DNA from: a virus | IMG/VR virus record: IMGVR_UViG_3300020473_000023 | Coordinates: 1 to 64,000 of that record | Strand: one strand, 5' to 3' | DNA: 64,000 nt | Shown here: in pieces, positions 47,526-57,634 of the stretch | How the letters are laid out: every line of letters begins with the position of its first letter | How positions within the stretch are numbered: the stretch's first letter is position 1 | The notes under the pieces: generated by a model | What the model saw: the letters and a program-made list of their open reading frames with translations, nothing else | Told to the model about the DNA's origin: nothing | Database searches by the model: none | Made by a program: the position numbers and the translations under genes

Positions 47526-48750
47526 GCCAGTAATCCTCTTCAAAAAATGTCTTTGTCCAGTAGGTCTTCTTGGCAAAAGTTATGGGATCTTTGCCATAGG
47601 AAAATAGGGCATTCAATCTATTGACCGGTGTGAACATGCCTACAAGTTTGGTCTCCCTTCCCTTCCACTCAAATACAAAACCCTCTGTGGATTTTTCAAT
47701 TAAATCCTCATTGGTCTCAATGCACTTAAGAAGAATTCTAACCTCATCTATCTGATCAACTGTTCCTATCAGGCGACTATTAACGAATGCCTCTCTGATA
47801 ATTGTCATCCCTTTCTTAATCTGATCTGGGGGGTATGCTTCCAGCTTAAAGTCAATGGGTCTAAGAGTGATAGCGCCTATCTTCTGAATGGCATTATCAA
47901 ATGGGATTCGGGCCTCTGCGACAATAAGCCTTCCTTTCTTTTGTAATTTTTTAAACTGATCCCAGGAGCCTGGCCTGCCATACTGCTTAAACTTTCCAGC
48001 AATCGGACCCTTGTTAAAGACGAGTCTTTTCGCTGCATCTCTTCTGATCTCAGGTGGAATAAAGGCGTACTTGGAGATGTGGGACTCAACTAGAGAAACC
48101 ACAAGATCTCCAATTGTGTGGTCGTCATTCAAATTATGCTCGACAAGAATCCCGCCGAGTTCGTCACAAATATCTATAATTTCTTGAAAAGATACGTCGG
48201 GCTTTTTAAGATCGACCTTATGTGGATGTCTAATGGGTATTGTTGTAGACGTTCTTGCGGCATCGGAGAGAAGCGCCCTATAGTTGTCATTGTCAACCTT
48301 GGCATCTCTCTCAAGATCCCACCCTTGAATAAAGTAAATTCCCGAGTCCTTATAGGGAATAGTGTTCATATTTTTTGGATCTATTAGTGCAGTCTCAACA
48401 ACAACAGTTCCATCTTTAAAGAATCCAGCGTGCCTCCTTGCAACATCTTTTAGGGAGGAATATGCATTTAGATACGCACGCCTTACGCTTTCTTTCTCTT
48501 CAATATCGTATTTTTCACAAATCCCGCGCTCATTAAGGCCACCTGACCTGATCGAGGAGAGAGTCACGCCCTTGAAGAAAAACCTGAGTTCACCGTTTAT
48601 GACGGTGAATGTAAGGTTTTGTCCATCCATTTTTTCAACTGGATTCTTAATCAACCGGGTGTCTGCAGTAAAAAATGCATCAATCATTTCAAACAAATCA
48701 CCAATTGGAAGATCTGTAAGCTCATAAATATTTTTAATATGTCCTCTCAT
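47515..48750 (-). CDS. RNA-ligase-like (KxDG) nucleotidyltransferase, DUF6267-like
   Basis: EKMDGQN (motif I), EGFVF (IV), KLVG (V). Confidence 0.7.
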   Translation of the reverse strand: MRGHIKNIYELTDLPIGDLFEMIDAFFTADTRLIKNPVEKMDGQNLTFTVINGELRFFFKGVTLSSIRSGGLNERGICEKYDIEEKESVRRAYLNAYSSLKDVARRHAGFFKDGTVVVETALIDPKNMNTIPYKDSGIYFIQGWDLERDAKVDNDNYRALLSDAARTSTTIPIRHPHKVDLKKPDVSFQEIIDICDELGGILVEHNLNDDHTIGDLVVSLVESHISKYAFIPPEIRRDAAKRLVFNKGPIAGKFKQYGRPGSWDQFKKLQKKGRLIVAEARIPFDNAIQKIGAITLRPIDFKLEAYPPDQIKKGMTIIREAFVNSRLIGTVDQIDEVRILLKCIETNEDLIEKSTEGFVFEWKGRETKLVGMFTPVNRLNALFSYGKDPITFAKKTYWTKTFFEEDYWHGW

Positions 48751-49401
48751 CTAACCTCCGCAAAGCACTTTTAAAAATTCATCAGAAGACCTAATTCCAT
48801 TATAATTAGTTTCAAACAGGAATGAAGGTACATAGTTTTTAACTGATTCTACATCTTTTTTAAGAACAGCCCTTCTTATAGCTGAGCCCCTGACCTTTAC
48901 AAGATCTTCTATTTTCTTATTAGACAGAGTAGGGTAAAAATTTTTCATTGACATGGTCAATCTTTCAATATCTCCAGATGTAAAGAAAAGTCTATTATCC
49001 GACACAAGATTTCCAAAATACTTCTCTTCAAGGGGAGTTCCAATATATTTGGTAAACCTATGCTCATCATCCTCACCTGAATATACAGTTAACAGGTCGT
49101 TGCTATTTTTATCATTTTTAATTCTTTCAATTAGAAAAAATATCTCAACGAGAGGATTGGGAACACCTTTCTTAACAATGATCCTGTCTCCAAACATTTC
49201 ATCTAATGAAGACTTAACAATATTAAAGATTCTCTCAGCCATCTCTTCTGTATAGAGAAAGTCCGAGTTTTTCTTTCTAGGTGAAACACCATAAAATAAA
49301 TAAGTTATATCATTGTCATCCAGAGATAAAGATATTTTTGAAAAATGACCCGTTGTGAAAGGCTTGAACCCGCCTCCAAAGACACCTATTTTCATTTTCA
49401 C
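48751..49401 (-). CDS. HIGH-superfamily nucleotidyltransferase
   Basis: FGGGFKPFTTGH; C-terminal RGSAIR. Confidence 0.75.
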   Translation of the reverse strand: MKMKIGVFGGGFKPFTTGHFSKISLSLDDNDITYLFYGVSPRKKNSDFLYTEEMAERIFNIVKSSLDEMFGDRIIVKKGVPNPLVEIFFLIERIKNDKNSNDLLTVYSGEDDEHRFTKYIGTPLEEKYFGNLVSDNRLFFTSGDIERLTMSMKNFYPTLSNKKIEDLVKVRGSAIRRAVLKKDVESVKNYVPSFLFETNYNGIRSSDEFLKVLCGG

Positions 49402-49412
49402 ACCAGTATTTA

Positions 49413-49616
49413 TTAATCGTTCTTTTCTTCCAGCTCTCTTTCTGCCTTGTCAATTGCGCCCTTAAAAGAAGAATAGACAAATGACCTTAGTTCATCATCT
49501 GTTATCTCTCTAAACTCAGAGATCTTCATTGACTTTCTAACAATATTATAAAATTCAGGCGTGCAATCTATCTCAAGATTTCCGCCATTTCGTAGCTTAA
49601 TAGTTCTTTTTTCCAT
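49413..49616 (-). CDS. Small hypothetical protein, probably leaderless
   Basis: ATG at 49616 lies 6 nt after TATAAT of the promoter at 49623-49651. Confidence 0.65.
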   Translation of the reverse strand: MEKRTIKLRNGGNLEIDCTPEFYNIVRKSMKISEFREITDDELRSFVYSSFKGAIDKAERELEEKND

Positions 49617-49622
49617 AAGCTT

Positions 49623-49651
49623 ATTATACAATATACTGTGCTATTTTACAT
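49623..49651 (-). promoter_or_regulatory. Class-E promoter ATGTAA-N17-TATAAT
   Basis: Exact consensus and spacing. Confidence 0.75.
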
Positions 49652-49668
49652 GAGTACGGCTTATAAAC

Positions 49669-50367
49669 CTAATTTCTCATCAGCTGCTTCAGCCGAGATC
49701 TAACTTCTGAAAGGTCTTGGCCGGCGCCCGCTTTAATTGGTGGAGATGTATCTTCTTCTCCCGGGGCAGGCTCTTCTTCTCTCCGATCTTCTTCGGGCTC
49801 TTCTTCAGATCCATCTGATTCTCCGCTAGATACATCAATAGAGGCTGGGGGTTCGGAGGGATCCTGGGCTTCTGTTCCTGAAACTTGACTTCGCATGAGT
49901 TGGTCAACTGTAGCTAGATATCCGAGAAGAAGCTCTTTCTCACTATCATCTAGTCGGTCAAGCCACGCTTCCATGTCCTGCTTTACTTCCTTTCCTTTGA
50001 GAGAGGGTGCAGCTCGAATATCATTAATCTGATCTCTGATCTTGTAATATGTTACGTCTGGAGATGTTTCAATCTGTTCTTCCTCGTCGCCTGCGGGCTC
50101 GGGTTCTCCCCCTTCTTCATCTCCTTCAGGCTCGGAGAGATCTGAGCCTTCTTCGTCAGCGGGAGGGTCTTCCCCTTCATCTTCTTCACCCGCTTCCTCT
50201 TCTTCCTGCTCTGATATCTCTCCGTACTTTCTAAGATCGTCTTGGATTCTTTTTGACATCGCCTCTTGGCGCTGTTTGAGAACACCCTCCCTGCCTTCGC
50301 TCTCTTCTTGAAGAATTGTTAAGAAACTCTCAAGTTGAGATGCATTCCCTATTCTAAAGATGCTCAC
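49669..50367 (-). CDS. Highly acidic protein with degenerate tag
   Basis: QLESFLTILQEE; ISEQEE; C-terminal LSEVRSRLKQLM. Confidence 0.65.
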   Translation of the reverse strand: MSIFRIGNASQLESFLTILQEESEGREGVLKQRQEAMSKRIQDDLRKYGEISEQEEEEAGEEDEGEDPPADEEGSDLSEPEGDEEGGEPEPAGDEEEQIETSPDVTYYKIRDQINDIRAAPSLKGKEVKQDMEAWLDRLDDSEKELLLGYLATVDQLMRSQVSGTEAQDPSEPPASIDVSSGESDGSEEEPEEDRREEEPAPGEEDTSPPIKAGAGQDLSEVRSRLKQLMRN

Positions 50368-50919
50368 TTCTTTCTCCCATACTTAATGGTATTTTGCCAT
50401 CTCTCCCTATAGAGCTTATTATACCTTCTCTGGGGTGTTTCCTCAATTTTTTCAAGATCTTCCTTTGGCATTTGCTTAGCAGCATTTTCTCTCTTAACGA
50501 TATCCTTGATAAACTTATCAAACTTAAACTTGCTCATTTTTTCTGCCCTCCAAGACATTATTAACTATTTCAATCAAGACAAATAGTCAACTCAACATTG
50601 TGATCATATGAAGATAAATTTACCTTAACGCCTGTGTTTTCTAAATTAATTTTCTCAAAGCTTAGCAAATTTAAGTCACCATGCTTAACGTACAGTGATC
50701 CTTTAAGATTGCCTCTCACAAGAAGCTTAACAAGCTCTGTTGTTGAATTAAATGAAATTTTAACTTTTTTTTCTGCTCTTGCAAATTCATTAATTTCAAA
50801 TGAAAATGCTCTGTTGTCAATAAAGATCTGACCAATGAACAAAGTGCTAGCGTCAGTTGCATCTCCAGATAAACATCTTGGATCAATCTTTCCTACAAGA
50901 GAGTCGCTCATCATAACAG

Positions 50920-51348
50920 TCATAGCTGATCCTCACCTTGCTGGTCGGAAATATAAAAGTCTTGAATATCTCTGTATAAATTGTCACAAAAGCCAGCCAG
51001 CTCTTTATCCAGCTCTGTAACCTCATTAACATTATGTGTATAAGTTTCAATCTTAACATCGCTACCTTCGATAATAATTCTGGCATGATGTCCCATTTCC
51101 TCTTGCTCAAAGATTAAGTGTGTCACAAAATCTTTTACCATTCTAGGATCGTTAAAGGAAAACACCCGAGTTAATCTTTCAACCTCGCCGTCGCTTACAA
51201 CCATCCACTCAGACCTGCTAACAGCAACAGGAAGCTCTCCGATCACACCGGGAGAAAGATTTCCTAAAATTGAATCTATTCCTTTCATTTTCATATCACT
51301 CTCCTCCTGCAAGATTGACCTTCCAACAACTTCTAAGAGTGACTGCAT
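50920..51348 (-). CDS. Pterin-4-alpha-carbinolamine dehydratase with N-terminal extension
   Basis: LTRVFSF, GHHARI, YTH...VTELD..LA. Confidence 0.85.
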   Translation of the reverse strand: MQSLLEVVGRSILQEESDMKMKGIDSILGNLSPGVIGELPVAVSRSEWMVVSDGEVERLTRVFSFNDPRMVKDFVTHLIFEQEEMGHHARIIIEGSDVKIETYTHNVNEVTELDKELAGFCDNLYRDIQDFYISDQQGEDQL

Positions 51349-51373
51349 TAGAATATCCCCTGTAGTATTATAC

Positions 51374-53068
51374 TCAAACTTCCGGATTACTTAAAGCTTT
51401 TTGAATGGAATTCTTAACCTTGGCTGGTTCCTCAATCCTTTGAGCGTACTGTTGAGCAAGCGCGGTAGAATTAGCTGGATCAGCCGACCAAGCTCGAGCT
51501 CTTTCTAGTGCTTGTGAGAATTGAATCGGTGTCATTCCAGCTGCAATCTTTGCCTTAGCAGATTTTGAATTTGGACTAGTCTCTCCAATTAGCATCTTTG
51601 CAAATACTTGCTTGGGGTCTTGAATTCCCATTTCTGAGAGTATGACTCCCGCCTGTACCTTCCACGCCTTTAAGAAATCATTGACAAAGGGTTGAAAGAA
51701 TATTAGTTTAAAGTAAGTCCTAAAGTGATCGCCCGACATCTCAGGAGCTATTCTTGATGACCTAACAATCTGATTGACCTGATTTCTATCAACTCCCAAA
51801 CTAAAAGATCTCATTCCTCGCTTAAACGTTTGAAGAGCTCTTCCTTTAATTGTTTCCATGACGTCAGGAGGAATTGCCATACTTTCAAGATAATACTTAA
51901 TCATCGGCTTAAAGGCAAACTGTCTAGCACCTGCTGCTGATGCAAACCCCTCTTCCTTTGCTATTTGCGTCCAGAGATCTGATAGATCTTTTGGTGCAGC
52001 AACGACTTCTTCTTCCTCTGCAGCATCTTGAGCTCGAAGGGCTTGAATTTCCCTTTCTGATTCTCTTCTTGCTCTAAGTTCTTCAGCTGCACCCGATTTA
52101 GATAAGATCATCTGTGCCATTTCTTGATATGCATTAATCATATTCTGGTCTGTCTCAGATTCAGATCTTCTAACTAGTTCAGCGGCAACGTCTTCTTGTG
52201 TGGCTGGCGGCGCCATCCACTCACCTGTTTGTGAGTCTTTTTCACCCTTGAGCATCCTAAGAGCTATCTGATCAACAGCTTTATTTGCATCAAGCTGCTC
52301 TTGACTCCAGTCAGTGGGAGGGGGCTCTGACTGTACCGGTGTCACGGACTTCATAACAGCCTGTGTCACTCCGTGCCTAACCATATCAATTTGATCTGGT
52401 GTAAGATTGTATCTGCTAAAAATTTGAGAAACCGCAGGATCAACATCGGCAGGACCTATCTTTTGACGGAGCTGGATTTGCATCATATCGGGTGACTGAG
52501 GCCTTTGTCCGGTTCCTCCTAGAACTTTTCCGACTGTTGTGTATCCAAAGTTTATGGATCTTAAATGGTCTAATACACCTTGAATAGCATCTTCAACAGA
52601 GGGAGCATCATCCTGCTCTGCAAGAAGCCTACGAATTGACTCTCTTATCTGATCTTCGGCTGACTTCTTTTCAAACTTTTCTAAATCAGGGCTATAGTCT
52701 ATAAGCCTTACACCGCTGCTCCCGTCAAGATCTCCTCGAAGTCTGGCTTCCTCTCTATCTAGTGCCTTATCAAGAAGCTTATGAAGCTGCCTATAGTAGT
52801 ACTCAATCTGGTGAGAAGGAACTTCTCTTGCAATAACAGAGGCTGAATTTCCAAGCTCAACTGATGAAGCGGGGATAAATTCTGGGTCTTCAACCGGTGG
52901 TTCGTCAACAGAAAGCTGAACTGCCATCTGCTCTCTTGGGACTATTGGTTCGTCTTCATCGTCTTTGGCAGGAATTTCAGAAATATTTGCAGTATGAAAA
53001 CTTCTTTCTTCATTAACCATTGACTTAATAAAGTCTTCTAGAGCCCTTCTATCAATAATTACATTCAT
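51374..53068 (-). CDS. Large tagged protein (putative virion)
   Basis: RRALEDFIKSMVNEE; internal QIRESIRRLLAEQ; ATATTTA at 53087-53093. Confidence 0.65.
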   Translation of the reverse strand: MNVIIDRRALEDFIKSMVNEERSFHTANISEIPAKDDEDEPIVPREQMAVQLSVDEPPVEDPEFIPASSVELGNSASVIAREVPSHQIEYYYRQLHKLLDKALDREEARLRGDLDGSSGVRLIDYSPDLEKFEKKSAEDQIRESIRRLLAEQDDAPSVEDAIQGVLDHLRSINFGYTTVGKVLGGTGQRPQSPDMMQIQLRQKIGPADVDPAVSQIFSRYNLTPDQIDMVRHGVTQAVMKSVTPVQSEPPPTDWSQEQLDANKAVDQIALRMLKGEKDSQTGEWMAPPATQEDVAAELVRRSESETDQNMINAYQEMAQMILSKSGAAEELRARRESEREIQALRAQDAAEEEEVVAAPKDLSDLWTQIAKEEGFASAAGARQFAFKPMIKYYLESMAIPPDVMETIKGRALQTFKRGMRSFSLGVDRNQVNQIVRSSRIAPEMSGDHFRTYFKLIFFQPFVNDFLKAWKVQAGVILSEMGIQDPKQVFAKMLIGETSPNSKSAKAKIAAGMTPIQFSQALERARAWSADPANSTALAQQYAQRIEEPAKVKNSIQKALSNPEV

Positions 53069-53104
53069 ATTCTAACCCTCAAAGGATAAATATGGACCAA
53101 TGGT

Positions 53105-53566
53105 TTAATTTGCTGACGAAGAGATTGAATTTAAAATCCAAACTGATAGTGCAGTCATCCCTATCCCAGCTGCTGTCCCGACGCCGAACCAAACAGCGTT
53201 CTTATTTCCCGAAGCTCTCCTCAGTCTATCATATAAAAAGTTCACTTCTTCACGCTTGATATTCATGTGCATATCATATCTTTCCTGACATGCATTGGAA
53301 GAGATCTCTGACCTTTCTATTTGAAGATTTAGCTCAGCCTCCCTTAGCCCGACCTCTCTATCGATCCTTATCTGGCATGCAGCATCTTGATTTTCTAACT
53401 GAACAAGTATGTCAGCTGCTGCCCTTGTGCTAAAAAGTGTACCATCAAAGGGTGCAACCTCACCCTCTTCAATTGACACTATGACTGCCCCTACTTCGTC
53501 ATCTGCCTGTGCGGTTGAAGAGAAGATCCCAAGTGAAAGAAGAACCATCAGAGATCTTAATAACAT
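53105..53566 (-). CDS. Exported coiled-coil protein with C-terminal TM (spanin-like?)
   Basis: Signal peptide; G..APF.G.L; C-terminal TM. Confidence 0.5.
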   Translation of the reverse strand: MLLRSLMVLLSLGIFSSTAQADDEVGAVIVSIEEGEVAPFDGTLFSTRAAADILVQLENQDAACQIRIDREVGLREAELNLQIERSEISSNACQERYDMHMNIKREEVNFLYDRLRRASGNKNAVWFGVGTAAGIGMTALSVWILNSISSSAN

Positions 53567-53569
53567 TTT

Positions 53570-53980
53570 TTACTCCACATGAATTTCAAATCCAGTAAGC
53601 TCAGAGAGTCTTCTCGTAATTTCATCTGGATCTTTTTTATTTTTCTTGACTAGAGACTCTATTTCCTTCTTCTTCTTTTCATCGAGTTCTTGATTTGATT
53701 TCTCATATTCCTCCTCGACTTTTTTCATAGTCTCAATCATTCTATCTTCTGCTTTCTTGAGCTCTTCTTTTTCATTTTCATGTATATCCTGTAACGCTTT
53801 CATCTCTTGTTCATGAAGCTTTCTAGAATTTTCCAGAACCTTTGACATTGAAGATGTCTTTGCTCTCTGCGTCGCATACACAAAAATGACCAGAATGGCG
53901 CCTAGAACAAGCTCCCAATGTGCTTTAATCCATATCCAAGATTTCTTAAGATAGTATTTTAGCCTTAACCATGTCAGCAT
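53570..53980 (-). CDS. TM plus coiled-coil protein (i-spanin-like?)
   Basis: Single N-terminal TM, long charged coil. Confidence 0.5.
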   Translation of the reverse strand: MLTWLRLKYYLKKSWIWIKAHWELVLGAILVIFVYATQRAKTSSMSKVLENSRKLHEQEMKALQDIHENEKEELKKAEDRMIETMKKVEEEYEKSNQELDEKKKKEIESLVKKNKKDPDEITRRLSELTGFEIHVE

Positions 53981-53982
53981 TT

Positions 53983-54228
53983 CTAACCATTCTTTCCATG
54001 CTTCCATGAAATCGCAGCGTCAATAACTGTTTGACCGCCAATATAGATCATTGCAATCATACCCCAAGAGTCAGCATCTAAAAAATTATAAACAAGTAAT
54101 CCTGTGGCTGCTAAAAACACAAAGAACTTTCTTGAGATTAGTCGTCCCATTATCCTATCCAGAAAGCCAAGTTTTTCACCTTCTGCTATCGCCTTAACTT
54201 CTCTCATGACAATTTCATCATCACCCAT
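53983..54228 (-). CDS. Putative holin
   Basis: SRKFFV followed by two TMs and YI.G...D. Confidence 0.55.
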   Translation of the reverse strand: MGDDEIVMREVKAIAEGEKLGFLDRIMGRLISRKFFVFLAATGLLVYNFLDADSWGMIAMIYIGGQTVIDAAISWKHGKNG

Positions 54229-54866
54229 AGTATCTCTCCTTAATGAAATATATCATCATCGTCAACTTTGTGAAATGAATAATCACTTTCCATATCTTCT
54301 ATGGATATTTCTGTTAGGTCTGAATTGCTAAAATTCTTTATTCTATCTACCTCTAGGGTAAGCTCTTTTTGAACTGAAGTTAATCCGTACTGATTGACAG
54401 CGACCTGCTGAATGACTTCACTGTGGATGTCTTGAATCTTAGAAATTTTTACTATAATTTCTGAAATTGAATCTATGTGACTGGAGTCTTCAATAATCTT
54501 TGAGAACTTCTTTGGCTTCATTGAAAAAAGCTTCCATAAATTTCTTAAAAAATAAAAAAGTCTCATACACTACTCCGAAGACAGAGGGTTGTCTGTCTCA
54601 ATCACACTAAATATTGACTCTGCATCAGTGTCAGAAAGCCTTCCAATTGCCTTATCTCTCTTCTTTTTTTGAATTTCTTCAAGTATGTCAATCATATCTG
54701 GATTTGCCACTGCAATTCTTTGAACTATCTCTTCAAGAACCTCTTGCATTGAAAGGCTATGCTTAAAGCATGCAATTCTAAAATGCGAATGGGTCTCTCG
54801 CAACAGGGAAAAGTGAACTGACTTCTTTGTTTCAAAATCAATAAGCTTATCATTCATCTCAAGTCA

Positions 54867-55475
54867 CTAGTCTCCGCCAGTAGCGGGCAAGCCTTCAGGG
54901 TCACCAATAGCACCGATTCCTGGCTCTCTCCCACCAGCAAGTGCAGAAGCAGGTTCTCTAATAGGGGCTATATTGAAATCAAAGTTTGTATCTAGAATAT
55001 TTTTAAATTCATCTATATAACCTTGGTCATAATTTTCGTCTAAGAAGTTAATAGCTCTATTTATTATAACAGTAGGGATATCTAGTCTAGCTCGGTATCC
55101 CAAGGCTAGTTGGGCAACTTTTTTAGTAAAAGAGTCAATATTCATTGCAGGACGCTTGGCAGGCTCTACAGGAGCAGATACATCGATATCTTCGCTTCCG
55201 ACGGGATCTTCAACTCCTGGGTCTTCCGGGGCTAGATTTTCATCTTGCTCAAATAGAAATGCTGATAGATTAAGATTGCTCAATGACTCAGTGACAAGAT
55301 CATCTGAGCTGACTATTGAACTAGCCTCGAAGTCAATCATGTGTGAGTCAATTTGATCGTCAACTGAATCCATAGACAGCCTGACTTTTGTCGAAGCATC
55401 TGCCATTGAAACAGGTTGATTTTCTTCATCCTGCTCTAGGATCATCTTCCTAAGATCATTAATTGAAATTTTCAT
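54867..55475 (-). CDS. Tagged acidic protein
   Basis: MKISINDLRKMILEQ; internal FLFEQ. Confidence 0.7.
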   Translation of the reverse strand: MKISINDLRKMILEQDEENQPVSMADASTKVRLSMDSVDDQIDSHMIDFEASSIVSSDDLVTESLSNLNLSAFLFEQDENLAPEDPGVEDPVGSEDIDVSAPVEPAKRPAMNIDSFTKKVAQLALGYRARLDIPTVIINRAINFLDENYDQGYIDEFKNILDTNFDFNIAPIREPASALAGGREPGIGAIGDPEGLPATGGD

Positions 55476-56203
55476 GAGAACCTCAGTGCTTGTGCAATCT
55501 TTTCTGCTCTTTCAAACCTTGACTCAATTACAGGCCAGTTGAGCTGTTTCATCATTCCATAGGTATATGTCTTAGCATCCTTAAGATAATCTCTATAATA
55601 TGCATGCTGCCAAACGTCCATCACTATAATCGGATATCCGCCAAATGGAACATTTAGACTGTGAAGGTCAACAATAGTATTGACATACCTTTGCAAGTAT
55701 GTATTAAAATAGGTCACAGCCCAGCCGCAGCGAGATGCCATACAGCAAGCTATAAAATCTTTTTGCCAGGCATCGAACGTTCCAAAGTCACGCTCCAGCC
55801 TCATATATGCCAAAGAGTCCATTCCGATTTGACTGTGTAGATCGCTAATATTTGCAAAATAAAGCTCATGCAAATAAATGGCATTCATGTTATATGTTTC
55901 ATCAATCTTAAGTGCTCTGTACTGAGAATGATTTGAGCTTACCTCTTCTCTATTTGCTGAGTCCAGCTGAGCACTGATTTTATTGAAATCATCAATGTAT
56001 TGCTCGTAAAGCTCAAGATGGTTTGTCTTATTTTGCTTACTTAAAAGCTCAGTGGGCAAATTAAACACCTTGTCTTGAGCGACATATGCTTCTTTGACTA
56101 AATTATTTCCCGGAATATCAGTCTCAGCATCAGTAGTGGGTTCTTCTTTATCAATTCCCAGGGTTTCTCTTATGTTCTTAATGATTTCTTCTTCTGTGAT
56201 CAT
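55472..56203 (-). CDS. Fe/Mn superoxide dismutase-family protein with N-terminal extension
   Basis: H..LY..Y, LHELYF, DFGTFD.W, GWAV, MDVWQHAYY. Confidence 0.88.
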   Translation of the reverse strand: MITEEEIIKNIRETLGIDKEEPTTDAETDIPGNNLVKEAYVAQDKVFNLPTELLSKQNKTNHLELYEQYIDDFNKISAQLDSANREEVSSNHSQYRALKIDETYNMNAIYLHELYFANISDLHSQIGMDSLAYMRLERDFGTFDAWQKDFIACCMASRCGWAVTYFNTYLQRYVNTIVDLHSLNVPFGGYPIIVMDVWQHAYYRDYLKDAKTYTYGMMKQLNWPVIESRFERAEKIAQALRFS

Positions 56204-56208
56204 TGAAA

Positions 56209-56505
56209 CTACATCCTTTCATATTTAGAAATATCTGATGAAGGTATGGCATAATAGTCACCGTTTTCATCATCTTTAACTATTAAGACAGCCCCATCGG
56301 GTCGATCCAATAGCTTAACACAGGTGTAAGTATATCCTGAGTCTTTGTTTCGTATCTTAAACCCCTTGCTTATTAGGGAGGTTCTATCGTCTCCCACACC
56401 TGCAAATAGGGAAATACCATCCCCTTCGGAGATATCAGAGTCTTTCTTCTTTCTTTCAGACTCTATTATTTTTAAAATATTGCTTTTAGACAAGACAGTT
56501 GTCAC
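56209..56505 (-). CDS. Tagged small protein
   Basis: LSKSNILKIIESE; ATAATTA at 56528-56534. Confidence 0.6.
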   Translation of the reverse strand: MTTVLSKSNILKIIESERKKKDSDISEGDGISLFAGVGDDRTSLISKGFKIRNKDSGYTYTCVKLLDRPDGAVLIVKDDENGDYYAIPSSDISKYERM

Positions 56506-56526
56506 CTAAATTCTCCAAGATATAAA

Positions 56527-56946
56527 TTAATTATCATCCTTAGAGATAAACTTAACTACTTCTATCTCAGCATCTCTTAAGATTTCTAAAGAAGTTAAGT
56601 CCCTATAGTCTTCTGAATATACCACAGTAGAGATTCCTGAGTTGACAATTGCTTTTGCGCACATCCTGCACGGGCTTAGGGTGACATACATAATCTTCTT
56701 TTTAGGGTTGTTATAATCCATCTTAAGAAGGGCGTTAATTTCAGCATGAATCATTCCCGACTCTCCTGGAGAAGATGACTCTACTTCATTCGGGCCCCCC
56801 ATATAGTTTCCATTATATCCGACAGCAAGAACTTGAGTATTATCATCTGTCACAACAACAGCCCCCACTTGGTGCCTTTGATCAACCGATCTTCTTGCTA
56901 TTGAATAGGAAAAATCCATCCATATCTGGTGCCACGTAGGTCTCAT
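56527..56946 (-). CDS. dCMP deaminase
   Basis: RPTW, VGAV, GYNG, HAEINA, SPCRMC; start moved to ATG 56946. Confidence 0.92.
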   Translation of the reverse strand: MRPTWHQIWMDFSYSIARRSVDQRHQVGAVVVTDDNTQVLAVGYNGNYMGGPNEVESSSPGESGMIHAEINALLKMDYNNPKKKIMYVTLSPCRMCAKAIVNSGISTVVYSEDYRDLTSLEILRDAEIEVVKFISKDDN

Positions 56947-56959
56947 TTGTCTTCCCTCT

Positions 56960-57634
56960 CTACAGTAAGTTAGAATAAATTGTAGAATAGCTTTTATTGT
57001 ATTTAAATTTTTCAAAATCCTTTTCATAAAATTTTAAAAATTCACTGAGCACATTTGGAAATCTTTCCCACGGAACTCTAATATCTGGAACGTCCTTAAG
57101 CGACACGTTCTCCCGAGGGAGAGAAGTTGATGGAGATATTATTTTTCTTCTCTGCAACTCAGACAAAAGTTCAGGTATTTGATCTTCTATCCTATACCAG
57201 TCTGTTCCTTCTCCGATAAATTCAAATTGGCTTCTAAAGTGATTATCATCTACCCCGGGTCCATTTTTAGGAATTACATTTTTAAAAAGATCTGTTACCC
57301 AGTCAATAAATCCCAGTGGGTGGGGATATTCAATTCCAAACTCTTTTGCCTGCTGCTTTGCTTTAGAAAATATTCTATCGTATGGGTTTCTAACAATAGT
57401 AAATTCATACTCCCACGTTCTATCCCAAAGATCCCTTAGGGCTCTATGCTGATGCTTGGACCGCTTATTGTCAGATACTTGAATCTCTCTAGACATTCTA
57501 GTCGGAAGAGGTCTATCTTTTTCAGCAATCTTCCACCCCTGGCTTTCGATCATCTTTCTAACAGAGCTTCCGCCAGCCTTTGGAATGTGAACAAATAAAA
57601 TTCTTCTTCCTTCACGTTCGTATATTGATGACAT
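56960..57634 (-). CDS. Sulfotransferase (family 2-like)
   Basis: FVHIPKAGGSS (5'-PSB), VRNPYDR..S (3'-PB), HFRSQ. Confidence 0.85.
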   Translation of the reverse strand: MSSIYEREGRRILFVHIPKAGGSSVRKMIESQGWKIAEKDRPLPTRMSREIQVSDNKRSKHQHRALRDLWDRTWEYEFTIVRNPYDRIFSKAKQQAKEFGIEYPHPLGFIDWVTDLFKNVIPKNGPGVDDNHFRSQFEFIGEGTDWYRIEDQIPELLSELQRRKIISPSTSLPRENVSLKDVPDIRVPWERFPNVLSEFLKFYEKDFEKFKYNKSYSTIYSNLL

